Below, piece after piece: positions 39,801 to 49,400 of a stretch of DNA of 64,000 bases; positions within the stretch are counted from its first letter, which is position 1, and every line of letters starts with the position of its first letter. Under the pieces are notes generated by a model, which made no database searches, had not been told where the DNA came from, and saw nothing but the letters and a program-made list of their open reading frames with translations. This DNA is from Phoronis australis. Its lineage: Eukaryota; Animalia; Phoronida. The position numbers were made by a program, and so were the translations under genes. The DNA is taken from NCBI GenBank assembly GCA_002633005.1, contig NMRA01000017.1:1214737-1278736 (forward strand), written 5' to 3'.

Positions 39801-41518
39801 TTATGCTTATACCATTATTATACTGAGCATGGCGTGCTTTACAAGTCCTTAAAACTCGGGCATCCTGTTAACCTAGTGGGTACTTACGGTACTGTTTGGT
39901 ACTATTGTGTTATGCAGACCTCGCCTGTGTAAGTTCTGACTAGCTATTGTTCAGCTTTATTGTTGGCAATTAGGTTTAAATATCATGTCATTTTCTTGTT
40001 CTGTTATAAAACCAATGTTAATTAGTTGAAAGATATTTGTCAATTAAAATTTATTATCAGCCACTGCTATGATTGCTGGTAATAGTCACTTACACGGTCT
40101 TACATTTTGAGAACCAGTTTTCTCCACTGAATAAAGGGCATCAGACTGGTTCTCAAAATCCAGGATCCTTGTAAGTGACTATTGTCGAGTTGCCTGCCTA
40201 CCTGATCTTCAGTAACAATCACTTCCTCGACCTCATCATACTCTGACTCCTCATCTATATCTAAACGTTTGTTTGCTGGAATACCATGCCGCATCCTGTA
40301 TGATTCTTCTTCATCTTGTTGCTAAGGAAATGACAACATCAGCGTAAGACATGTTTGTCGAGTGCTGCACAGTATTATCCATTCTTGAATATTACACAAA
40401 GTATTTTTTACAGAAATAACCCGGAAGCGTATCAGGTAATTTGTGAATGCTTGAGAAAGTTCAGCGGTAAATGCTTTATTAAAGGATACCAAACCAGGTT
40501 TAGTCCTATTAACAGATATTAAAAACGACATTCCCACCCAATTCTTTGAAACAAAATAATGCTCTATAACCCTCGACAACCCTCAAAAGTTTGGAGGAAA
40601 ATGAGAGAACTCCTTTTGAAGACTTGAAAAACGGGCAGGCGACGAATTGCAAGGAAACTGTGGAGTAAGACCACCAAGAACCATAATATCCAATCTGTGA
40701 CATAGAGAGTATAAGATTTTAGTTGGTTGAACTTGGTTCCTGCTTTTATCTTCCAAGAAAAGCGCCAATGATGCATTAGCAGGTGACATAACAAGGATTG
40801 GCTGAAACCATCAAAACAGTGTTTAGTATCCTTTTAAATAACCAAAGGATCACCGTCCCAATCTTTCAAAGTAGGAAACAGACCACTTGTCTGTTTCAGT
40901 CATTCTCATAATGTTCTTTTATTGTGAATTAACAAATAGGGGATCAAATTATCAATCTCCATTTACATGTGAGAATTCACTCACAGGCTCAAAAATTCTC
41001 ACAATGCCAGTACATTTGAATTTCAAGTTAGTGAACAAAATAAGTTACGAGCACTCTGTCATCAAATTTGTGAATAGCATGTTGCATTGCAGATATCAAT
41101 GCTTGATGTTTACCTTGAAATTTACTACCGGCAAGTAAGAGTGGCTTCAGTAATTCACTAAATTATAGTTAGTGCTTGAAAGTTTGACACCAGTTCCTTT
41201 AACAAATGTAGGTTCATAACTCTGTAGTGTAACTCTGTCACAACCTGTCACTCTGTCTAACAGTAGGAGTGGACCCAACCTTAAATAATTTGTTACATAG
41301 CCAAAGCTCAAAAAGTCACTTACCTTTTTTCGCTGCCAACTCCTGATGCACACCACTGAGCAGGCAAAGGCCACACCCAGTCCCAGCAGGAAGCCAAATA
41401 CAGCTGCAAGCCCCACCCACAACTTGTCAGCATCCCAGAAACTCTTAGTGACTGACACAGAGATCTCTAAACAGCTGCCAATGATGACAGGGGCCACGCT
41501 TGATATCAGTGACGACAT
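15833..41518 (-). CDS. EVC: Ellis-van Creveld protein (EVC)-like ciliary membrane coiled-coil protein, ~944 aa, 21 coding exons
   Basis: Exons, all GT-AG and phase-compatible, total 2835 nt: 41518-41324, 40321-40202, 33246-33083, 32795-32711, 32199-32047, 31423-31334, 31106-30951, 30714-30498, 27067-26922, 25615-25517, 25029-24888, 23633-23456, 22119-22030, 20972-20849, 20408-20262, 19382-19144, 18188-18120, 17346-17196, 16983-16893, 16305-16204, 15909-15833. The N-terminal signal-anchor LWVGLAAVFGFLLGLGVAFACSVVCIRSWQRKK resembles that of vertebrate EVC. It is followed by long E/K/Q coiled coils and a basic C-terminus KKRLKSGKK. The gene lies head-to-head with an EVC2-like gene. Confidence 0.85.
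16995..17160. repeat. Intronic ~107-bp two-copy duplication built from (AGTAC)n-like units
   Basis: catagtacagtacagtacagcaagatctagcacagtacaacacagtacagtacca recurs as catagtacattgcagcacaggaaggcctagcacagtacaacacagtacagtacca. Confidence 0.7.
18730..18797 (-). mobile_element. tRNA-derived SINE head (degenerate)
   Basis: The minus strand reads ggagacagtgtgtctcagtggttcgatcaccggactcccatttgggagaaccgggtttagatt, with A-box-like and B-box-like motifs at tRNA spacing and no acceptor stem. Confidence 0.45.
24070..24337. other. Assembly gap (268 N)
   Basis: Run of N inside an EVC-like intron. Confidence 1.
24402..24480 (+). pseudogene. tRNA-derived (SINE-head/pseudo-tRNA) segment
   Basis: A box TGGTGTAGTGG and B box GAGTTCGAGTC occur at tRNA spacing and are followed by a T-run. 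No acceptor stem or anticodon stem forms. Confidence 0.6.
27286..28250 (+). pseudogene. Spliced THAP zinc-finger (transposase N-terminus) pseudogene
   Basis: Exon 1 (27286-27383) reads MGKDAFCSVINFMNSSTKTPDMSFFRFPKDPER|gtaagg. Exon 2 from 28084 reads CKRW...ADLMNIDATYLSKNRKL-CSHHFEESMFMN...LVLTAVP-TIFDVPNPP. The THAP hallmarks FP, W, CSxHF and AVPTIF are present, but the second Cys is now Phe and there are several frameshifts. Confidence 0.85.
28280..28540 (+). mobile_element. LINE ORF2 3' fragment nested in the P-like element
   Basis: The translation LQLWNRLFCISDYRLTKQV resembles the W.RL......RL.K.V motif near the 3' end of non-LTR retrotransposon ORF2. It replaces the rest of the transposase. 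Confidence 0.45.
30267..30498. repeat. ~61-bp minisatellite (about 4 units) that begins at an EVC-like splice donor
   Basis: The unit contains atgacc...agtcagacc.catt...ccagca.agtcataacttacc. Donor-like copies are at 30301-30314, 30363-30376, 30424-30437 and 30485-30498. Confidence 0.8.
32520..32705. repeat. Degenerate (CAC/CAT)n trinucleotide low-complexity tract
   Basis: caccatcagcaccatcacc...caacaccaccaacaccatcaacaccaacaac. This tract explains the D/G/V-rich tail of the 32576-32857 ORF. Confidence 0.8.
36427..36572. mobile_element. Tc1/mariner(pogo)-type MITE, 146 bp, perfect 25-bp TIRs, TA TSD
   Basis: TA|cggtaaagtcgcgtgattttcggac ... gtccgaaaatcacgcgactttaccg|TA. Confidence 0.9.
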
Positions 41519-43464
41519 AATGGCCTGCACTGCCAGCCAACTTTACTTCTGCCTTTCTATACTTCTACCTAAAGAAAAATAGAACATTTAAAGTTTTACT
41601 TGTTGAACAACAAAGCATATGTTCATAACTAAGGACATTTTCAAAAGTGTTTAAAACATACAGTGAGGGAGGGTGAAATGGGATCACTACCTCAAAGGAG
41701 TCTCAGGTTGAATGTCGGCTCGATGTTTAAAGGTTTTTAACTCTAAAACTAAAACAAGATCAGACAAGTTTAACATGCAGAGAATCACCACCAAGTAAAA
41801 AGGTAAAACGGTGTATTTACCAGGGTGGTAGATGAACTGTGGTCAAGGGGTTCTCATTACAGTGTTGGCAGGAGTGCTTACACTCTGTAAAAGGTTTTCA
41901 TGAAACTCCATATATAAAAGATCCATTTTTTTTTAAAATTTTTTTTTAATGTTTATTACGAAATCTTCAGAATACAATGAATATACATAACCCAGAAAGC
42001 GCCAAGAGGCATTAGATCTGGGTAAAAAAATACAAAGAAGTCTATATACAATGATTATATACAAATACATAAATAAAAAAAACTGATGTTAAGAATACAA
42101 TGATATATGACAACGAATGAAAATAATTTATTTTCATACAGATGTATAAAATTCTATCCACTCAGATCCATTTGTAGAGTTCTCATGAAAAAGTTATGTT
42201 ACATAGATTAGAAAAAAATCTTGCAGTGAAACAAATTACAGAAATCTCAAAAATGCACACTGTGTGTGTCCATTTAGTTTTTATATTGGTTGCCATGTGA
42301 CGACTCAGTGAATTTTGATGCAGGTTGAAATTTAGGAAAATCTATTCAACCATCAAACAGAAAATTAAGTGATTTTTCAATCATTTGAAATTTATGTTTC
42401 AGTGAATTGAGACATAAGTTGATTAAAAGTTGGGCAATTTCATATGTCAACCAGTGGGGTGGTGGTGCAAAATTAGCGACAGCCTTGGAAAGTTTAAGTG
42501 ATGACAATATAAGGGAGAATTGGACGGCCAAGTGGGGGAGGGGCAAAAGTTTGTCGATGAGGGGAAGCAGAGTTTGATACAGTGGAGTTCGTGCCCTGCC
42601 AATAATTTTTACCTTCTGCAAGCCTGCTCAGTGCACTGTCTTAGTGACTACCCTCATTTGCAACATCCAAGAACAGACTGTGTATGTACTACACAACTAA
42701 CTTATTATCAATTTAAGAGGTTGCCAAGAATGGCTTTTTGTTCCCCCAGCACTCAGCCAGTGGCATTCAGTCTTCGATTTTTGGAGTTTGAGTTGATTTC
42801 TGTTCAAAGAGCAATACGCCAGCAGGCAAAGCAAAATCATAGCCAGGCAGCTGACTCTATGTAGACTAGTGTCATAATACAACTTAGGGAGCTATTGCAT
42901 TGTAAATTTATAAATTACACTCCTGACCTCCGTAGCTCCGTTTGTCATCTCATAATGAAAACTATAATGTGTCTAGCTCTCAACTGGACCTTGTCCGTTA
43001 CAGCTGTTTAAGTGAAAAGTAATTTTCTTGTATCACACTCCCGCTTTTGTAACAAAAAAATTGGCAAAAGAAGAAACAATTTGCTGAAGAAATTTAATTT
43101 GGTTTGCCGGTTCAATTCAAATAATATATTGCAACCTTGTATGGTAGATGAACAGTTGAAAGAATCAGCAAAAAAGAAATTGCATGTTCAATAGGTATGT
43201 TCTCTTTATAGCACAATTAACTGCAAAGAATCGACATGAATTTCAAGACCAAAATAAAAGAAACCTTTTTTTATGGCAAATCATATTGATTTGCTCAAGA
43301 AAGAGTGTATTTTTTATTGACATTAATTTTGTACATTTGGTTTCCTCTTGTATCATTCCAACCTATTGCATGCAGACAGCTACATTATATCAATTAGTGA
43401 TTGCACTCCAAAAGCTGAGCTAACACTAAAAGCACATGCACTCACACCAATCCAGACCAGAGTC

Positions 43465-43634
43465 CATAGGCGGATCCAGGGGCGTGAAGGGCAAGAAAAA
43501 AGGGTCTGGACCCCCCTTTTTCCTTGATTTTAGTGACATCAAATCTAACATTTTCAAATTGTTGATTTGGGCCCCCCTATTTAAAAAAATCCTTGATCCG
43601 ACCACCCCTTTTAAAAATCCTCGATCCGCCCTTG
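43465..43634. mobile_element. Non-autonomous hAT-like MITE, 170 bp, 5-bp TSD
   Basis: Ends CATAGGCGGATC...GATCCGCCCTTG, flanked by gagtc on both sides (43460-43464, 43635-43639). Confidence 0.8.
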
Positions 43635-43894
43635 GAGTCACACATGAGATATATAGTCACAATGAACTGTTTAGAGAAAGAAGCTCCACTTCAAGTGGAG
43701 CTTCCACTGCACAATGCCAATGGTCAATGCTGACTGCCACAGTGACAACCGATATCCAAGTGTTGGCGTATCGTTACACAAGAGTTTGCTACACCACTTG
43801 ATTGTAGACTAGAACTAATGAGTTTTATACTTACTTCCCAGACAAGAAAGCTTTAAAATGGCTTCATATGATGATTGTGAAAATTGTATTTTAC

Positions 43895-43945
43895 CTATGA
43901 TGCTTTCAGACACCTGTTTTGGTCGCCATTTTGTTTTCCATATAT
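43895..43945 (-). other. Putative non-coding first exon of the EVC-like gene, with a 7-codon uORF (MATKTGV*)
   Basis: The minus strand reads aaaATGGCGACCAAAACAGGTGTCTGAaagcatcatag|gtaaaa. This donor is compatible with the acceptor ttctttag| at 41568, upstream of the main ATG at 41518. The 5' boundary is approximate. Confidence 0.6.
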
Positions 43946-44080
43946 GGTAGTCCGACGTCAGTGGGGGTTGTCACGCAATCTGTTTCGCATTGCACTGAAC
44001 AGTGAATACTATTGAATGGGGCATGCGACACTAAACAGCGGGGAGATTGTCACTACAACAGCTACAAACATGGCCGTACT
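43920..44080. promoter_or_regulatory. Candidate bidirectional promoter shared by the EVC-like and EVC2-like genes
   Basis: Outward-facing YY1-type motifs: CAAAATGGCG on the minus strand (43924-43933) and AACATGGCCG on the plus strand (44067-44076). CRE-like GACGTCA at 43954-43960. X-box-like GTTGTCACGCAAT (43967-43979) and ATTGTCACTACAAC (44046-44059). CpG is locally enriched, and splice donors lie on both sides (43895 minus, 44195 plus). Confidence 0.65.
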
Positions 44081-44195
44081 CCTTTCAGTACTTACATGAA
44101 TTACGCGACTTTCTTTTAAAATATGCTTGAAATACGACGAAAATAGCTTTTGAAGATTGTGCCATTAGCAAACTCGATGCTCAGGAAAATATCAG
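44060..44195 (+). other. Putative non-coding first exon of the EVC2-like gene
   Basis: A consensus donor CAG|GTAAGA at 44195/44196 lies downstream of the plus-strand YY1-type motif. The coding exon has a strong acceptor at 46413, 11 nt before the ATG. The 5' boundary is approximate. Confidence 0.55.
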
Positions 44196-46424
44196 GTAAG
44201 AAATTGAGCATTGAAATTTCTCAGATGTCTTCTGTTTGGCGTTGGCAGCCGTTGGCGCTTTATCCAGAATGCTTTCACTTTTCTGAGGCATCCAGTGACC
44301 AAGGTCGAGGCCAAAGTTCAACAACAAACGAAATGAACTTCATCAGGCACATTTTGTGTGCCTTACTCGAGAAAATCATCGGACGCAACATAGTGATCGA
44401 GTTACTATTCAAATGTGTATTTGATTTTGCTTGATTCGGTTTGGGTACACCCGTGGCTATATACACGCTTAATCATGCATGGATGCATGCCTTTTCAGCC
44501 TTTTTAACAAGGTTTGTTTTTGTTAAGAACTCTTTGTTTTATTGGGCTACACAAACTTCCACTTAAAGTTTTGTATTTAAGCTTAAATTATCAAGTATGG
44601 TCTTTTGTTAACGTAAATAAAATATTGTTGATTTAGTTTCCGTGTAATTGAGACATTGTCGTGTTGTGGCTACAGAAATTGTGACTAATGAAAACGAGCA
44701 GAAACTGAGAATTAAGGAATTTTCACTAAAATTGTTATTATATGCCAGCACCAGTGTAATTTTTATGCAATTATATTTATTTGTATGGAACTTTACTGCC
44801 AAATAATGTATGCAACATAAATGATCTGAGTGCCTTCATAATTCTTTAAAGACCACTATGTGAGTTTCATAGTTGTGAGTATTGTTACGAAAGATTGTAA
44901 CGTTTTAGGTCAAGTTATGCATTGAAAATTTTTTTCTCATGTATGTCTATGTTTATAATTCTCTTAAAATGTTGTATAGTTCTTCCTCGATTTCTGTTGG
45001 GGACTAGCACATGTGCAAAATGTTGTATCTGTTTGTGAATCAAGCCGACTTGAAAAAACTTTTCTTACTTACTTAGGTATATCTCTGGAGCCACAAAATT
45101 AAATTGTTTTCGTTGTCTTGATAGTCACATGTTCACATTTGATGAGAGTTATTCTACATCTTCACTGTTCTTTTTCATTTTTTTCACAGTTTTGCTTAAC
45201 TGTGATCTCTCAAGTGCTTATTTGTTTACTATCATCTCAAGCTTCGATAAACCAGCATCCCATCATGAAAGCCAATTTTTTATTTAAATGAACATGATCA
45301 TTTATTGTTCCTCAATCAATGTAGGGTTGATTTTTGGACTTAGAAACAACTGGCTTCTCGTTTATTGCTCAAAACAGGGCTCTAATAGTTGACTTGTTGT
45401 GGCCTGTCATTTTATTCACCGAGCCAGGTGTTGAGAAACAATGGGCTATCACTGGGAGGACCAGAAATATCTTCTCAAGTTGACGGTATTGTTGTAGTTG
45501 TAGCAGTAAGTAAGTGATCTAAATTGTAATTTTGTTTCTTTGACGTACCGTGATCTTATTCACAAATATTACCATGTTTATCTTCATGCCGCACAAAATG
45601 TAATTATTATTTTTCAAAACCAGTATCCTATTATCTTTTAGTACTAGCTCTCTCTTTCTCTCTTCTGGAGATCACTCATATTAAAAAGGTGGCCACATGA
45701 GCGTAACAGAAATTGTGGATAGGCTGCACTTTTCAGCCAGATTTGACCTTAAAACCCCATACATTGCATACTGGATTGTGCAGGGTCATCTGCCTACTCG
45801 CAATAAGCATTGCTATTGATTGTTGTTGTTTTAATCCAGCTAATTACTCGGAAAACAATAATTGTAAAAATTCTGGAAATATCCGATCAACTGATGAGAT
45901 ATCTACACAGAAATGGTCGTTCTAAGGTGTTTATAAGCAACATAAAGAGCTGTGTTTTCAAGTTAAAAAGTCTAATTCTTGAATATCCAAACTATCGTGA
46001 AAGATTTCACATCAAATGATAGCTTATGGAAAACGCCAAAAAAGCATTATAGTTAGTTGTGGTCATTACTCTAACTCATTTTGAGACCTGAGCTCATTGA
46101 CTAAAAACGCTTGCCTGTATCAGCAACACGCAACCAAGATTTTTAGTGTTTTTGTTGAAAAGCTGCATAAGGCATGTAAGCAACGGTTAGTAAAGTTTGA
46201 AATGCCACGATATGCCAAGCGATGAGTAAAAATCCCGCATCATTTTTGCTCATCTCTAGTGCTCTTTTTTGGAAAGTTGAGCAGATAAAATTACCTCACC
46301 ACCAACTCAATTTTCAAAACCTAAACCACAGCTGCTATGCTTTTTGACCTTACAACTGTATTAAAAAATTGCCTTTTAATATTACCCATTTTCTCTTTTC
46401 TTGTATTTTTCAGACACATTCAAT

Positions 46425-49400
46425 ATGAGGCATTGTTGGATGCTGGCAGTTCTTCTCTTGCCATCATTTCTTGCTGTCATCAATGGTGACCTCCAGTTCC
46501 TGCCCAAACCTGCAGGCTTTCGTAACCAAACCCGACCACTGATGAGTGGAGGCCTGAAGGATGTGCGCCTCACAATGAGCAAGCAGAACGATCCCACTCA
46601 GTTATCCGAGATGTACTTAGATGAGACTGCTAATCTCAGTGTTTCTATAGAACTCCTTCCTAATACAACCGACTCACTCTATGTCGAAGTTGTCTTGCCT
46701 CATACCTCAATTGAAAAACCACTGTGTCTTCCTTATGGGGTCAATAAAACCATTACATGTAATGGTACAACCACTACATACAAGCCTTACTTTGAAGTCA
46801 CCCAAACGCCAGTTGTACGTGTTCAAGGACCTATAATACCACAGTTGTTGTTTGTGCCTGCAAAGGAGTCTGAGTCTAACTCATCAGATGTGACATGTGA
46901 AACCAAAGAAGTCTGTGTTGACTCCTCTGAATGTTTGGACCTTTGTAAGAATTTAGACAACGCCACCTGTATTCCACCTAGCTGTTTACATCTTGAGAAC
47001 AACACATGTATTGGATCGAAGTGTCTTAACTGGACCTCTGACCGCTGTCCATGCAATGTGACTTCCTTGGAGAATGCTACATGTATACCCACGTATTGTC
47101 ATAATTTCATTAACGGTACGTGTCTGGGTAACAAATGTCTGAACTGGAGTGAGCATCATTGTGTCAATTCACAAATAGGATGTTCTAATTACGATTTGAA
47201 GGAAGCCACTTGTATACCTAGACATTGTATTGATCTTGTTAATACCTCATGTATCGGTAAGCATTGCTTGAATTGGACGAATGACAACTGCACTGTGCAT
47301 AAATCGTGTGCTGCATCACAACTTGACAACAAATCATGTATTCCAAGCTACTGTGTGAACTATCGTAATGCCACCTGCGTTGGGCTTAAATGTCTGAATT
47401 GGACAACTGATCGCTGCGAGGTTGAGGAACCCTGTCCATGTTCGGTGAATAAAACGACATGTGTGCGGCGAGTTCAACGATCAATCAAAGAATCATACAC
47501 TTTGAGCATGTCTACAGATAAACACGCAGTGTTTGTTGTTTTTGATCGTATTATTGTAAACAGCTCTCATAAGATTGGCCAAGTATACATAGACTCTCTA
47601 GTCACTCCAAGAAGGGGTTATGCTCACATTGGTGGAAGATACAAGTTTAAGTCGACTGCCATTACAACGTGGCGTGATGATGAAAAAGATGATGAAAAGT
47701 CAGTAATCATCAATGGCGCCTTGCTAGATGGGAATATGTTTGTTCAGACTAGTATCTTGAAGAACTTAGAGGCTGGAGATCTGATGGACTTCAAGATTGT
47801 AGTGAAGCATGACGCATACTCCCAGGAGGAGGCTGCCCCTCTAGTTGTAAGTAGAATTTATTCTGCAGTCTCAATTGGTATATAATGCTGAAATTCAGAA
47901 TGAATTTTTAATTTTTACTGGTATGGCGTTTTTAGTAATAATAATTAAAAGCTGTTCACTTATAAAGCCTGGCGAGCAACCAAGTGAAATTTCCTTTAAG
48001 TGTCAACATTTCTGACAGAAATCTTAGAGGTTTTATTAATTGTGAGCATTGGTTTTTCTGTGCTACTGTCATAAAACAATGCTCAGTAAGTACAATTTTG
48101 ACTTTTTGGTACTGCATAATAGTTGACTTTTGAAAGCGAAAAGAAAGTTTGGGCTGAATAATAATTCTGACTTAGCTTTTCTAAGGAATTGGCCATCCAA
48201 CTCTCAGGTTGTTCTTGTTAAATGTTAATCATTTTGTTTTATTCCTAACAAAGGACTAATACTCTTAATAATTTAGGAAAATTTTATGTTAATGATTTCT
48301 TTATTTATTTATTTTTGAATGGGCTGGGTTATCAATGCTTAATTTGTGTGTTTACTATTTTTTATAGATTGAACTTACAGAGCACTTTGCTACATTCGTA
48401 AAAGGAAATCTGATATATGAAAACGTATCCGAGACCCTAACTGCTGCCAATCTGACGGGAATTCACATGAAAAGCCTACCTCTTGGTAAGGAGGTGTCAA
48501 TCCATGTCAATATGGTGGTGCCAGATAATGCGCCCTCTGGTGGGGGCTCCCTGAAGGTGTCTACAAGGTACAAACCAGCTAGTAGGCCAAGTAAGTACTG
48601 TCTAGTGCTGTGATACCTGCAAGAACTTTTGAGGAACTGATCAATTGTAAAAACCACTTAAGAGCATGTTCGCGAATGGACCAGGCAGAGGGTGATAAAC
48701 NATAATGATCTCGTGCGCCGATATTTTTTATTGTGCAGTGCAAATAAGGCATTTTCGGCGAGTTCATTGCATGGCATACCCCCAAAATAGAGGCTCCCTG
48801 ATTTCTCCCCCTTAAACAAGGTAAAATGAGATTGGACTTTACTGTTTTGTTTATCATCCCAAAGGTAACTAAAATGCATAGTATGGTTCAATTCGGTGAC
48901 ATTGGGTTTATCACCCCTCTGGGCATTTTTGCCTGCTGTGAGCCGTACTTCACTCTTAAGCTGCTAAGCCAACTCATTTGCGTTCCTATAAGTACAGTTT
49001 ACACTGGCATGAGTCACTTAGTTTGTTCTTTTCTTTAGCTTTGGACTCTTGTGAGCCAACTAGTAGGTAGGGTAAACACTGGTGCTGTGATGGCTGCAAT
49101 AGGTTTTGGGGAACTGATTAATGCAAAGACCCCTTTGGATGTTACATTAAATCATTTACTATATGTAACACAACTCAAGTTACACTCACTGGCAATTATG
49201 TGTCGGTAAGTTTTGTCATTTCCTTGGCTAACTATTTGAACTCGCCCAATATAAGTAAATTACTTGCCAGTGTTGTTTAGCTTGGCAACACTATTGATTA
49301 AAAATAGCATCTGACTAATTTTGTTGTTTTTCAGATTATCGTGAAACGTATGATGACGATAAAGTGTCTTATAAGTTAAAGAAGCCAACAGTTGATTTTG

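Noticed and set aside
43906-43929. ATG at 43929 as the EVC start codon
   Set aside because: An in-frame TGA follows after 7 codons, before the donor, so it was treated as a uORF/YY1 motif.
45190-45509. Possible extra 5'UTR exon of the EVC2-like gene
   Set aside because: An acceptor (45189) and GTAAGT donors (45506/45510) exist, but with no coding constraint it cannot be supported without transcript data.
45880-45925. CTGATGAG...GAAA hammerhead-like core (similar cores at 12641 and 35577)
   Set aside because: No stem II can form between the core motifs, and the flanking stems are not supported.
46401-47885. 494-aa ORF as a stand-alone single-exon gene
   Set aside because: An acceptor at 46413, a signal-peptide ATG at 46425 and a donor at 47846 in phase with the next exon show it is the first coding exon of a larger gene.
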